A stretch of DNA of 64,000 nt from contig OZ024744.1 in the NCBI GenBank assembly GCA_964016885.1, positions 127,100,001 to 127,164,000 of the forward strand, given 5' to 3'. Both the position numbers and the translations under genes were made by a program. Positions within the stretch are counted from its first letter, which is position 1, and each line of letters opens with the position of its first letter. This document shows positions 1-10,600 of the stretch, piece by piece. The notes beneath the pieces were generated by a model. The model saw only the letters and a list, made by a program, of their open reading frames with translations. It was not told the origin of the DNA and did no database searches. Origin of the DNA: Eledone cirrhosa. Taxonomy: Eukaryota.

Positions 1-3000
1 GTTAAGTTAAGTTGGGGTTAAGTTAAGTTGGGGTTAAGTTAAGGTGGGGGTAAGTTAAGTTGGGGTTAAGTTAATTTGCGGTTAAGTTAGGTTGTGGGTT
101 AAGTTAAGTTGGGGTTAAGTTAAGCTGGGGTTAAGTTGGGGTAAGTTAAGTTGGGGTTAAGTTAAGTTGGGGTTAAGTTAAGTTGGGGTTAAGTTAAGTT
201 GGGGGTAAGTTAAGTTGGGGTTAAGTTAAGTTGGGGTTAAGTTAAGTTGGGGTTAAGTTAAGTTGGGGGTAAGATAAGTTGGGGCTAAGTTAAGTTGGGG
301 CTAAGTCAAGTTGGGGTTAAGTCAAGTTGAGGTTAACTTAAGTTGGGGTTAAGTTAAGTTGGGGTTAAGTTAAGTTGGGGTTAAGGTAAGTTGGGGTTAA
401 GTTAAGTTGGGGCTAAGTTAAGTTGGGGCTAAGTTAAGTTGGGGCTGAGTTAAGTTGGGGTTAAGTTGGGGTTGAGTTAATTTGGGGTTAAGTTAAGTTG
501 GGATTAAGTTAAGTTGGGGTTAAGTTAAGTTCGGGTTGAGTTAAGTTGGGGTTAAGTTAAGTTGGGGTTAATTTAAGTTGGGGTTAAGTTAAGTTGGGGT
601 TAAGATAAGTTGGGGTTAAGTTAAGTTGGGGTTAAGTTAAGTTGGGGTTGAGTTAATTTGGGGTTAAGTTAAGTTGGGGTTAACTTAAGTTTGGGTTAAG
701 TTAAGTTGGGGTTAAATTAAGTTGGGGGTAAGTTAAGTTGGGTGCAAGTTGAGTTGGGGTTAAGTTAAGTTGGGGTTAAGTTAAGGTGGGGGTAAGTTAA
801 GTTGGGGGTAAGTTAAGTTGGGGTTAAGTTAAGTTGGGGTTAAGTTAAGTTGGGTTTAAGTTAAGTTGGGGCTAAGTTAAGTTGGGGCTAAGTTAAGTTG
901 GGGCTGAGTTAAGTTGGGGTTAACTTAAGTTGGGGTTAAGTTGGGGTTAAGTTAAGTTGGGGTTAAATTAAGTTGGGGGTTAGTTAAGTTGGGGCAAGTT
1001 AAGTTGGGGTTAATTTAAGTTGGGGTTAAGTTAAGTTGGGGTTAAATTAAGTTGGGGTTAAGTTAAGTTGGGGTTGAGGTAAGTTGGGGTTATGTTAAGT
1101 TGGGGCTAAGTTAAGTTGGGGCTAAGTTAAGTTGGGGCGGAGTTAAGTTGGGGTTAAGTTAAGTTGGGGTTGAGTTAAGTTGGGGTTAAGTTAAGTTGGG
1201 ATTAAGTTAAGTTGGGGTTAAATTAAGTTCGGCTTGAGTTAAGTTGGGGTTAAGTTAAGTTGGGGTTAAGTTAAGTTGGGGTTAAGATAAGTTGGGGTTA
1301 AGTTAAGTTGGGGTTAAGTTAAGTTTGGGTTGAGTTAATTTGGGGTTAAGTTAAGTTGGGGTTAACTTAAGTTGGGGTTAAGTTGGGGTTAAGTTAAGTT
1401 GGGGTTATGTTAAGTTGGGGGTAGGTTAAGTTGGGGGCAAGTTAAGTTGGGGTTAAGTTAAGTTGGGGTTAAGTTAAGTTGGGTTTAAGTTAAGTTGGGG
1501 CTAAGTTAAGTTGGGGCTAAGTTAAGTTGGGGCTGAGTTAAGTTGGGGTTAAGTTAAGTTGGGGTTGAGTTAAGTTGGGGTTATGTTAAGTTAGGGTTGA
1601 GTTAAGTTGGGGTTGAGTTAAGTTGGGGTTGAGTTAAGTTGGGGTTAAGTTAAGTTGGCGTTAAGTTAAGTTGGGGTTAAGTTAAGTTGGGGTTAAGTTA
1701 ATTTGCGGTTAAGTTAGGTTGTGGGTTAAGTTAAGTTGGGGTTAAGTTAAGCTGGGGTTAAGTTGGGGTAAGTTAAGTTGGGGTTAAGTTAAGTTGGGGT
1801 TAAGTTAAGTTGGGGTTGAGTTAAGTTGGGGTTGAGTTAAGTTGTGGTTGAGTTAAGTTGGGGTTACGTTAAGTTGGGGTTAAGTTAAGTTGGGGTTAAG
1901 TTAAGTTGGGGGTAGCTTAAGTTGGGGGCAAGTTAAGTTGGGGTTAAGTTAAGTTGGGTTTAAGTTAAGTTGGGGCTAAGTTAAGTTGGGGCTAAGTTAA
2001 GTTGGGGCTGAGTTAAGTTGGGGTTAAGTTAAGTTGGGGTTGAGTTAAGTTGGGGTTATGTTAAGTTAGGGTTGAGTTAAGTTGGGGTTGAGTTAAGTTG
2101 GGGTTGAGTTAAGTTGGGGTTAAGTTAAGTTGGCGTTAAGTTAAGTTGGGGTTAAGTTAAGTTGGGGTTAAGTTAATTTGCGGTTAAGTTAGGTTGTGGG
2201 TTAAGTTAAGTTGGGGTTAAGTTAAGCTGGGGTTAAGTTGGAGTAAGTTAAGTTGGGGGTAAGTTAAGTTAGGGTTAAGTTAAGTTGGGGTTAAGTTAAG
2301 TTGGGGTTAAGTTAAGTTGGGGTTAAGTTAAGTTGGGGTTGAGTTAAGTTGGGGTTGAGTTAAGTTGGGGTTAAGTTAAGTTGGGGTTAAGTTAAGTTGG
2401 GGTTAAGTTAAGTTGGGGTTAAGTTAAGTTGGGGGTAAGTTAAGTTGGAGTTAAGTTAATTTGCGGTTAAGTTAGGTTGTGGGTTAAGTTAAGTTGGGGT
2501 TAAGTTAAGTTGGGGTTAAGTTGGGGTAAGTTAAGTTGGGGTTAAGTTAAGTTGGGGTTAAGTTGGGGTAAGTTAAGTTGGGGTTAAGTTAAGTTGGGGT
2601 TAAGTTAAGTTGGGGTTAAGTTAAGTTGGGGGTAAGTTAAGTTGGGCGCAAGTTAAGTTGGGGTTAAGTTAGGTTGGGGTTAAGTTAAGTTGGGGTTAAG
2701 TTAAGTTGGGGTTAAGTTAAGTTGGGGTTAAGTTAAGTTGGGGTTTTGTTAAGTTGGGGTTAAGTTAAGTTGGGGTTAAGTTAAAGTTGGGGTTAAGTTA
2801 AGTTGGGGTTAAGTTAAGTTAGGGTTAATTTCAGTTGGGGTTATGTTAAGTTGGGGTTAAGTTAAGTTGGGGTTAAGTTAAGTTGGGGGTAAGTTAAGTG
2901 GGGTGTAAGTTAAGTTGGGGTTAAGTTAAGTTGGGGTTCAGTTCAGTTGGGGTTAAGTTAAGTTGGGGTTAAGTTAAGCTGGGGGTAAGTTAAGTTGGGT

Positions 3001-4540
3001 GTAAGTTAAGTTGGGGTTAAGTTAAGTTGGGGTTAAGTTAAGTTGGGGGTTAGTTAAGTTGGGGGCAAGTTAAGTTGGGGTTAATTTAAGTTGGGGTTAA
3101 GTTAAGTTGGGGTTATGTTAAGTTGGGGTTAAGTTAAGTTGGGGGTAAGTTAAGTTGAGGGTAAGTTAAGTTGGGGTTAAGTTAAGTTGGGGTTAAATTA
3201 AGTTGGGGGTAAGTTAAGTTGGGGTTAAGTTAATTTGGGGTTAAATTAAGTTGAGGTTAAGTTAAGTTGGGGTTAAGTTAAATTGGGGTTAATTTACGTT
3301 GGGGGTAAGATAAGTTGGGGCTAAGTTAAGTTGGGGCTAAGTCAAATGGGGTTAAGTCAAGTAGAGGTTAACTTAAGTTGGGGTTATGTTAAGTTGGGGT
3401 TAAGTTGGGGCTAAGTTAAGTTGGGGCTGAGTTAAGTTGGGGTTAAGTTAAGTTGGGGTTGAGTTAAGTTGGGGTTAAGTTAAGTTGGGATTAAGTTAAG
3501 TTGGGGTTAAGTTAAGTTCGGCTTGAGTTAAGTTGGGGTTAAGTTAAGTTGGGTTAATTTAAGTTGGGGTTAAGTTAAGTTGGGGTTAAGATAAGTTGGG
3601 GTTAAGTTAAGTTGGGGTTAAGTTAAGTTGGGGTTGAGTTAATTTGGGGTTAAGTTAAGTTGGGGTTAACTTAAGTTGGGGTTAAGTTGGGGTTAAGTTA
3701 AGTTGGGGTTAAGTTAAGTTGGGGGTAGGTTAAGTTGGGGGCAAGTTAAGTTGGGGTTAAGTTAAGTTGGGGTTAAGTTAAGTTGGGTTTAAGTTAAGTT
3801 GGGGCTAAGTTAAGTTGGGGCTAAGTTAAGCTGGGGGTAAGTTAAGTTGGGTGTAAGTTAAGTTGGGGTTAAGTTAATTTGCGGTTAAGTTAGGTTGTGG
3901 GTTAAGTTAAGTTGGGGTTAAGTTAAGCTGGGGTTAACTGGGGTAAGTTAAGTTGGGGTAAGTTAAGTTGGGGTTAAGTTAAGTTGGGGTTAAGTTAAGT
4001 TGGGGTTGAGTTAAGTTGGGGTTAAGTTAAGTTGGGGTTAAGTTAAGTTGGGGTTAAGTTAAGCTGGGGGTAAGTTGGGGTAAGTTAAGTTGGGGTTAAG
4101 TTAAGTTGGGGTTAAGTTAATTTGCGGTTAAGTTAGGTTGTGGGTTAAGTTAAGTTGGGGTTAAGTTGGGGTAAGTTAAGTTGGGGTTAAGTTAAGTTGG
4201 GGTTAAGTTAAGTTGGGGTTAAGTTAAGTTGGGGGTAAGTTAAGTTGGGGGCAAGTTAAGTTGGGGTTAAGTTAAGTTGGGGTTAAGTTAAGTTGGGGTT
4301 AAGTTAAGTTGGGGTTAAGTTAAGTTGGGGTTAAGTTAAGTTGGGGTTAAGTTAAGTTAGGGTTAATTTCAGTTGGGGTTATGTTAAGTTGGGGTTAAGT
4401 TAAGTTGGGGTTAAGTTAAAGTTGGGGTTAAGTTAAGTTGGGGTTCAGTTGGGGTAAGTTAAGTTGGGGGTAAGTTAAGTTGGGGTTAAGTTAAGTTGGG
4501 GTTAAGTTAAGTTGGGGTTGAGTTAAGTTGGGGTTAAGTT
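1..4540 (+). repeat. Diverged segmental copy of ~22580-27070
   Basis: Markers seen only in these two segments: GTAGCTTAAG (C at 1916/24365), GGGGTTTTGTT (~2741/~25165), TTTACGTT (C at 3297/25736), TCAAATGGGG (~3342/25781), TTAACTGGGG (~3934/~26454). Offsets range from 22,439 to 22,578, indicating internal indels. Confidence 0.88.
71..145 (+). repeat. Recurrent variant cassette (TTAATTTGCGG TTAAGTTAGGTTGTGGG ... TTAAGCTGGGG TTAAGTTGGG GTAAG), first of about 60 copies
   Basis: The same linked variants recur near 71, 1700, 2175, 2460, 3880, 4120, 7380, 8640, 8890, 10295 and onward to 62135. A few copies lack the AAGCTG variant. Confidence 0.93.
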
Positions 4541-7500
4541 AAGTTAGGGTTAATTTCAGTTGGGGTTATGTTAAGTTGGGGTTAAGTTAAGTTGGGGTTA
4601 AGTTAAAGTTGGGGTTAAGTTCAGTTGGGGTTAATTTCAGTTGGGGTTATGTTAAGTTGGGGTTAAGTTAAGTTGGGGTTAAGTTAAAGTTGGGGTTAAG
4701 TTAAGTTGGGGTAAAGTTAAGTTGGGGTTAAGTTAAGTTGGGGTTAAATTAAGTTGGGGTTCAGTTAAGTTGGGGTTAAATTAAGTTGGGGTTAAGTTAA
4801 GTTGGGGTTAGTTAAGTTGGGGTTAAGTTAAGTTGGGGTTAAGTTAAGTTGGGGTTAAGTTAAGTTGGGGTTAAGTTAAGTTGGCGTTAAGTTAAGTTGG
4901 GGTTAAGTTAAGTTGGGGTTAAGTTAAGTTGGGGTTAATTTAAGTTGGGGTTAAGTTAAGTTGGGGTTAAGTTAAGTTGGAGTTAAGTTAAGTTGGGGTT
5001 AAGTTAATTTGGGGTTCAGTTCAGTTGGGGTTAAATTAAGTTGGGGTTAAGTTAAGTTGGGGTTATGTTAAGTTGGGGTTAAGTTAAGTTGCGGTTAAGT
5101 TAAGTTGGGGTTAAGTTAAGTTGGGGTTAAGTTAAGTTGGGGTTAAATTAAGTTGGGGTTAAGTTAAGTTGGGGTTATGTTAAGTTGGGGTTAAGTTAAG
5201 TTGCGGTTAAGTTAAGTTGGGGTTAAGTTAAGTTGGGGTTAAGTTAAGTTGGGGTTAAGTTAAGTTGGGATTAACTTAAGTTGGGGTTAAGTTTGGGTTA
5301 AGTTAAGTTGGGGTTAAGTTAAGTTGGGGGTTAGTTAAGTTGGGGGCAAGTTAAGTTGGGGTTAATTTAAGTTGGGGTTAAGTTAAGTTGGGGTTATGTT
5401 AAGTTGGGGTTAAGTTAAGTTGGGGTTAAGTTAAGTTGGGGTAAGTTAAGTTAGGGGTAAGTTAAGTTGGGGGTAAGTTAAGTTGAGGGTAAGTTAAGTT
5501 GGGGTTAAGTTAAGTTGGGGTTAAATTGAGTTGGGGGTAAGTTAAGTTGGGGGTAAGTTAAGTTGGGGTTAAGTTAAGTTGGGGTTAAATTAAGTTGAGG
5601 TTAAGTTAAGTTGGGGTTAAGTTAAGTTGGGGTTAAGTTAAGTTGGGGGTAAGATAAGTTGGGGCTAAGTTAAGTTGGGGCTAAATCAAGTTGGGGTTAA
5701 GTTAAGTTGGGGTTAAGTTAAGTTGGGGTTAAGGTAAGTTGGGGTTATGTTAAGTTGGGGCTAAGTTAAGTTGGGGCTAAGTTAAGTTGGGGCTGAGTTA
5801 AGTTGGGGTTAAGTTAAGTTGGGGTTGAGTTAAGTTGGGGTTAATTTAAGTTGGGATTAAGTTAAGTTGGGGTTAAGTTAAGTTCGGCTTGAGTTAAGTT
5901 GGGGTTAAGTTAAGTTGGGTTTAATTTAAGTTGGGGTTAAGTTAAGTTGGGGTTAAGATAAGTTGGGGTTAAGTTAAGTTGGGGTTAAGTTAAGTTGGGG
6001 TTGAGTTAATTTGGGGTTAAGTTAAGTTGGGGTTAACTTAAGTTGGGGTTAAGTTGGGGTTAAGTTAAGTTGGGGTTAAGTTAAGTTGGGGTTAAGTTAA
6101 GTTGGGGGTAGGTTAAGTTGGGGTTAAGTTAAGCTGGGGTTAAGTTGGGGTAAGTTAAGTTGGGGGTAAGTTAAGTTGGGGTTAAGTTATGTTGGGGTTA
6201 AGTTAAGTTGGGGTTGAGTTAAGTTGGGGTTGAGTTAAGTTGGGATTGAGTTAAGTTGGGGTTGAGTTAAGTTGGGGTTAAGTTAAGTTGGGGTTAAGTT
6301 AAGTTGGGGGTAAGTTAAGTTGGGGTTAAGTTAAGTTGGGGTTAAGTTAAGTTGGGGTTAAGTTAAGTTGGGGTTAAGTTAAGTTGGGGGTTAGTTAAGT
6401 TGGGGGCAAGTTAAGTTGGGGTTAATTTAAGTTGGGGTTAATTTAAGTTGGGGTTATGTTAAGTTGGGGTTAAGTTAAGTTGGGGTTAAGTTAAGTTGGG
6501 GGTAAGTTAAGTTGGGGTTAAGTTAAGTTGGGGGTAAGTTAAGTTGAGGGTAAGTTAAGTTGGGGTTAAGTTAAGTTGGGGTTAAATTAAGTTGGGGGTA
6601 AGTTAAGTTGGGGGTAAGTTAAGTTGGGGTTAAGTTAAGTTGGGGTTAAGTTAAGTTGAGGTTAAGTTAAGTTGGGGTTAAGTTAAATTGGGGTTAATTT
6701 AAGTTGGGGGTAAGATAAGTTGGGGCTAAGTTAAGTTGGGGCTAAGTCAAGTTGGGGTTAAGTCAAGTTGAGGTTAACTTAAGTTGGGGTTATGTTAAGT
6801 TGGGGTTAAGTTGGGGCTAAGTTAAGTTGGGGCTGAGTTAAGTTGGGGTTAAGTTAAGTTGGGGTTGAGTTAAGTTGGGGTTAAGTTAAGTTGGGATTAA
6901 GTTAAGTTGGGGTTAAGTTAAGTTCGGCTTGAGTTAAGTTGGGGTTAAGTTAAGTTGGGGTTAATTTATTGTTGGGGTTAAGTTAAGTTGGGGTTAAGAT
7001 AAGTTGGGGTTAAGTTAAGTTGGGGTTAAGTTAAGTTGGGGTTGAGTTAATTTGGGGTTAAGTTAAGTTGGGGTTAACTTAAGTTGGGGTTAAGTTGGGG
7101 TTAAGTTAAGTTGGGATTAAGTTAAGTTGGGGGTAGGTTAAGTTGGGGGCAAGTTAAGTTGGGTTTAAGTTAAGTTGGGGCTAAGTTAAGTTGGGGCTAA
7201 GTTAAGTTGGGGCTGAGTTAAGTTGGGGTTAAGTTAAGTTGGGGTTGAGTTAAGTTGGGGTTATGTTAAGTTAGGGTTGAGTTAAGTTGGGGTTGAGTTA
7301 AGTTGGGGTTGAGTTAAGTTGGGGTTAAGTTAAGTTGGCGTTAAGTTAAGTTGGGGTTAAGTTAAGTTGGGGTTAAGTTAATTTGCGGTTAAGTTAGGTT
7401 GTGGGTTAAGTTAAGTTGGGATTAAGTTAAGCTGGGGTTAAGTTGGGGTAAGTTAAGTTGGGGTTAAGTTAAGTTGGGGTTAAGTTAAGTTGGGGTTAAG

Positions 7501-7679
7501 TTAAGTTGGGGGTAAGTTAAGTTGGGGGCAAGTTAAGTTGGGGTTAAGTTAAGTTGGGGTTAAGTTGGGGTTAAGTTAAGTTGGGGTTAAGTTAAGTTGG
7601 GGTTAAGTTAAGTTAGGGTTAATTTCAGTTGGGGTTATGTTAAGTTGGGGATAAGTTAAGTTGGGGTTAAGTTAAAGTT

Positions 7680-10600
7680 GGGGTTAAGTTAAGTTGGGGT
7701 TAAGTTAAGTTAGGGTTAATTTCAGTTGGGGTTATGTTAAGTTGGGGTTAAGTTAAGTTGGGGTTAAGTTAAGTTGGAGGTAAGTTAAGTGGGGTGTAAG
7801 TTAAGTTGGGGTTAAGTTAAGTTGGGGTTCAGTTCAGTTGGGGTTATGTTAAGTTGGGGTTAGGTTAAGCTGGGGGTAAGTTAAGTTGGGTGTAAGTTAA
7901 GTTGGGGTTAAGTTAAGTTGGGGTTAAGTTAAGTTGGGGGTTAGTTAAGTTGGGGGCAAGTTAAGTTGGGGTTAATTTAAGTTGGGGTTAAGTTAAGTTG
8001 GGGTTATGTTAAGTTGGGGTTAAGTTAAGTTGGGGTTAAGTTAAGTTGGGGGTAAGTTAAGTTGGGGTTAAGTTAAGTTGGGGGTAAGTTAAGTTGAGGG
8101 TAATTTAAGTTGGGGTTAAGTTAAGTTGGGGTTAAATTAAGTTGGGGGTAAGTTAAGTTGGGGGTAAGTTAAGTTGGGGTTAAGTTAAGTTGGGGTTAAA
8201 TTAAGTTGAGGTTAAGTTAAGTTGGGGTTAAGTTAAATTGGGGTTAATTTAAGTTGGGGGTAAGATAAGTTGGGGTTAAGTTAAGTTGGGGTTAAGATAA
8301 GTTGGGGTTAAGTTAAGTTGGGGTTAAGTTAAGTTGGGGTTGAGTTAATTTGGGGGTAGGTTAAGTTGGGGGCAAGTTAAGTTGGGGTTAAGTTAAGTTG
8401 GGGTTAAGTTAAGTTGGGTTTAAGTTAAGTTGGGGCTAAGTTAAGTTGGGGCTAAGTTAAGTTGGGGCTGAGTTAAGTTGGGGTTAAGTTAAGTTGGGGT
8501 TGAGTTAAGTTGGGGTTATGTTAAGTTAGGGTTGAATTAAGTTGGGGTTGAGTTAAGTTGGGGTTGAGTTAAGTTGGGGTTAAGTTAAGTTGGCGTTAAG
8601 TTAAGTTGGGGTTAAGTTAAGTTGGGGTTAAGTTAATTTGCGGTTAAGTTAGGTTGTGGGTTAAGTTAAGTTGGGGTTAAGTTAAGCTGGGGTTAAGTTG
8701 GGGTAAGTTAAGTTGGGGTTAAGTTAAGTTGGGGTTAAGTTAAGTTGGGGTTAAGTTAAGTTGGGGTTAAGTTAAGTTGGGGTTGAGTTAAGTTGGGGTT
8801 GAGTTAAGTTGGGGTTAAGTTAAGTTGGGGTTAAGTTAAGTTGGGGTTAAGTTAAGTTGGGGGTAAGTTAAGTTGGGGTTAAGTTAATTTGCGGTTAAGT
8901 TAGGTTGTGGGTTAAGTTAAGTTGGGGTTAAGTTAAGCTGGGGTTAAGTTGGGGTAAGTTAAGTTGGGGTTAAGTTAAGTTGGGGTTAAGTTAAGTTGGG
9001 GTTAAATTAAGTTGGGGTTAAGTTAAGTTGGGGTTATGTTAAGTTGGGGTTAAGTTAAGTTGCGGTTAAGTTAAGTTGGGGTTAAGTTAAGTTGGGGTTA
9101 AGTTAAGTTGGGGTTAAGTTAAGTTGGAGTTAAGTTAAGTTGGGGTTAACTTAAGTTGGGGTTAAGTTGGGGTTAAGTTAAGTTGGGGTTAAGTTAAGTT
9201 GGGGGTTAGTTAAGTTGGGGGCAAGTTAATTGGGGTTAATTTAAGTTGGGGTTAAGTTAAGTTGGGGTTATGCTAAGTTGGGGTTAAGTTAAGTTGGGGT
9301 TAAGTTAAGTTGGGGGTAAGTTAAGTTGGGGTTAAGTTAAGTTGGGGGTAAGTTAAGTTGGGGGTAAGTTAAGTTGAGGGTAAGTTAAGTTGGGGTTAAG
9401 TTAAGTTGGGGTTAAATTGAGTTGGGGGTAAGTTAAGTTGGGGGTAAGTTAAGTTGGGGTTAAGTTAAGTTGGGGTTAAATTAAGTTGAGGTTAAGTTAA
9501 GTTGGGGTTAAGTTAAGTTGGGGTTAAGTTAAGTTGGGGGTAAGATAAGTTGGGGCTAAGTTAAGTTGGGGCTAAGTCAAGTTGGGGTTAAGTTAAGTTG
9601 GGGTTAAGTTAAGTTGGGGTTAAGGTAAGTTGGGGTTATGTTAAGTTGGGGCTAAGTTAAGTTGGGGCTAAGTTAAGTTGGGGCTGAGTTAAGTTGGGGT
9701 TAAGTTAAGTTGGGGTTGAGTTAAGTTGGGGTTAAGTTAAGTTGGGATTAAGTTAAGTTGGGGTTAAGTTAAGTTCGGCTTGAGTTAAGGTGGGGTTAAG
9801 TTAAGTTGGGGTTAATTTAAGTTGGGGTTAAGTTAAGTTGGGGTTAAGATTAGTTGGGGTTAAGTTAAGTTGGGATTAAGTTAAGTTGGGGTTGAGTTAA
9901 TTTGGGGTTAAGTTAAGTTGGGGTTAACTTAAGTTGGGGTTAAGTTGGGGTTAAGTTAAGTTGGGGTTAAGTTAAGTTGGGGGTAGGTTAAGTTGGGGTT
10001 AAGTTAAGTTGGGGTTAAGTTAAGTTGGGGGTAAGTTAAGTTGGGTTTAAGTTAAGTTGGGGTTAAGTTAAGTTGGGTTTAAGTTAAGTTGGGGCTAAGT
10101 TAAGTTGGGGCTAAGTTAAGTTGGGGCTGAGTTAAGTTGGGGTTAAGTTAAGTTGGGGTTGAGTTAAGTTGGGGTTATGTTAAGTTAGGGTTGAGTTAAG
10201 TTGGGGTTGAGTTAAGTTGGGGTTGAGTTAAGTAGGGGTTAAGTTAAGTTGGCGTTAAGTTAAGTTTGGGTTAAGTTAAGTTGGGGTCAAGTTAATTTGC
10301 GGTTAAGTTAGGTTGTGGGTTAAGTTAAGTTGGGGTTAAGTTAAGCTGGGGTTAAGTTGGGGTAAGTTAAGTTGGGGGTAAATTAAGTTGGGGTTAAGTT
10401 AAGTTGGGGTTAAGTTAAGTTGGGGTTGAGTTAAGTTGGGGTTGAGTTAAGTTGGGGTTGAGTTAAGTTGGGGTTGAGTTAAGTTGGGGTTAAGTTAAGT
10501 TGGGGTTAAGTTAAGTTGGGGGTAAGTTAAGTTGGGGTTAAGTTAAGTTGGGGTTAAGTTAAGTTGGGGTTAAGTTAAGTTGGGGTTAAGTTAAGTTGGG

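Noticed and set aside
335-344. Palindrome AACTTAAGTT (overlapping HpaI and AflII sites) as an operator or hairpin
   Set aside because: It arises from one G-to-C change in the monomer and is propagated by HOR copying. It is useful only as a restriction marker.
2669-2679. Exact TTAGGTTGGGG (bee-type telomere 11-mer)
   Set aside because: It is a single A-to-G change from the consensus and is absent from the sister copy near 25100, so it is likely a recent point mutation rather than a relic.
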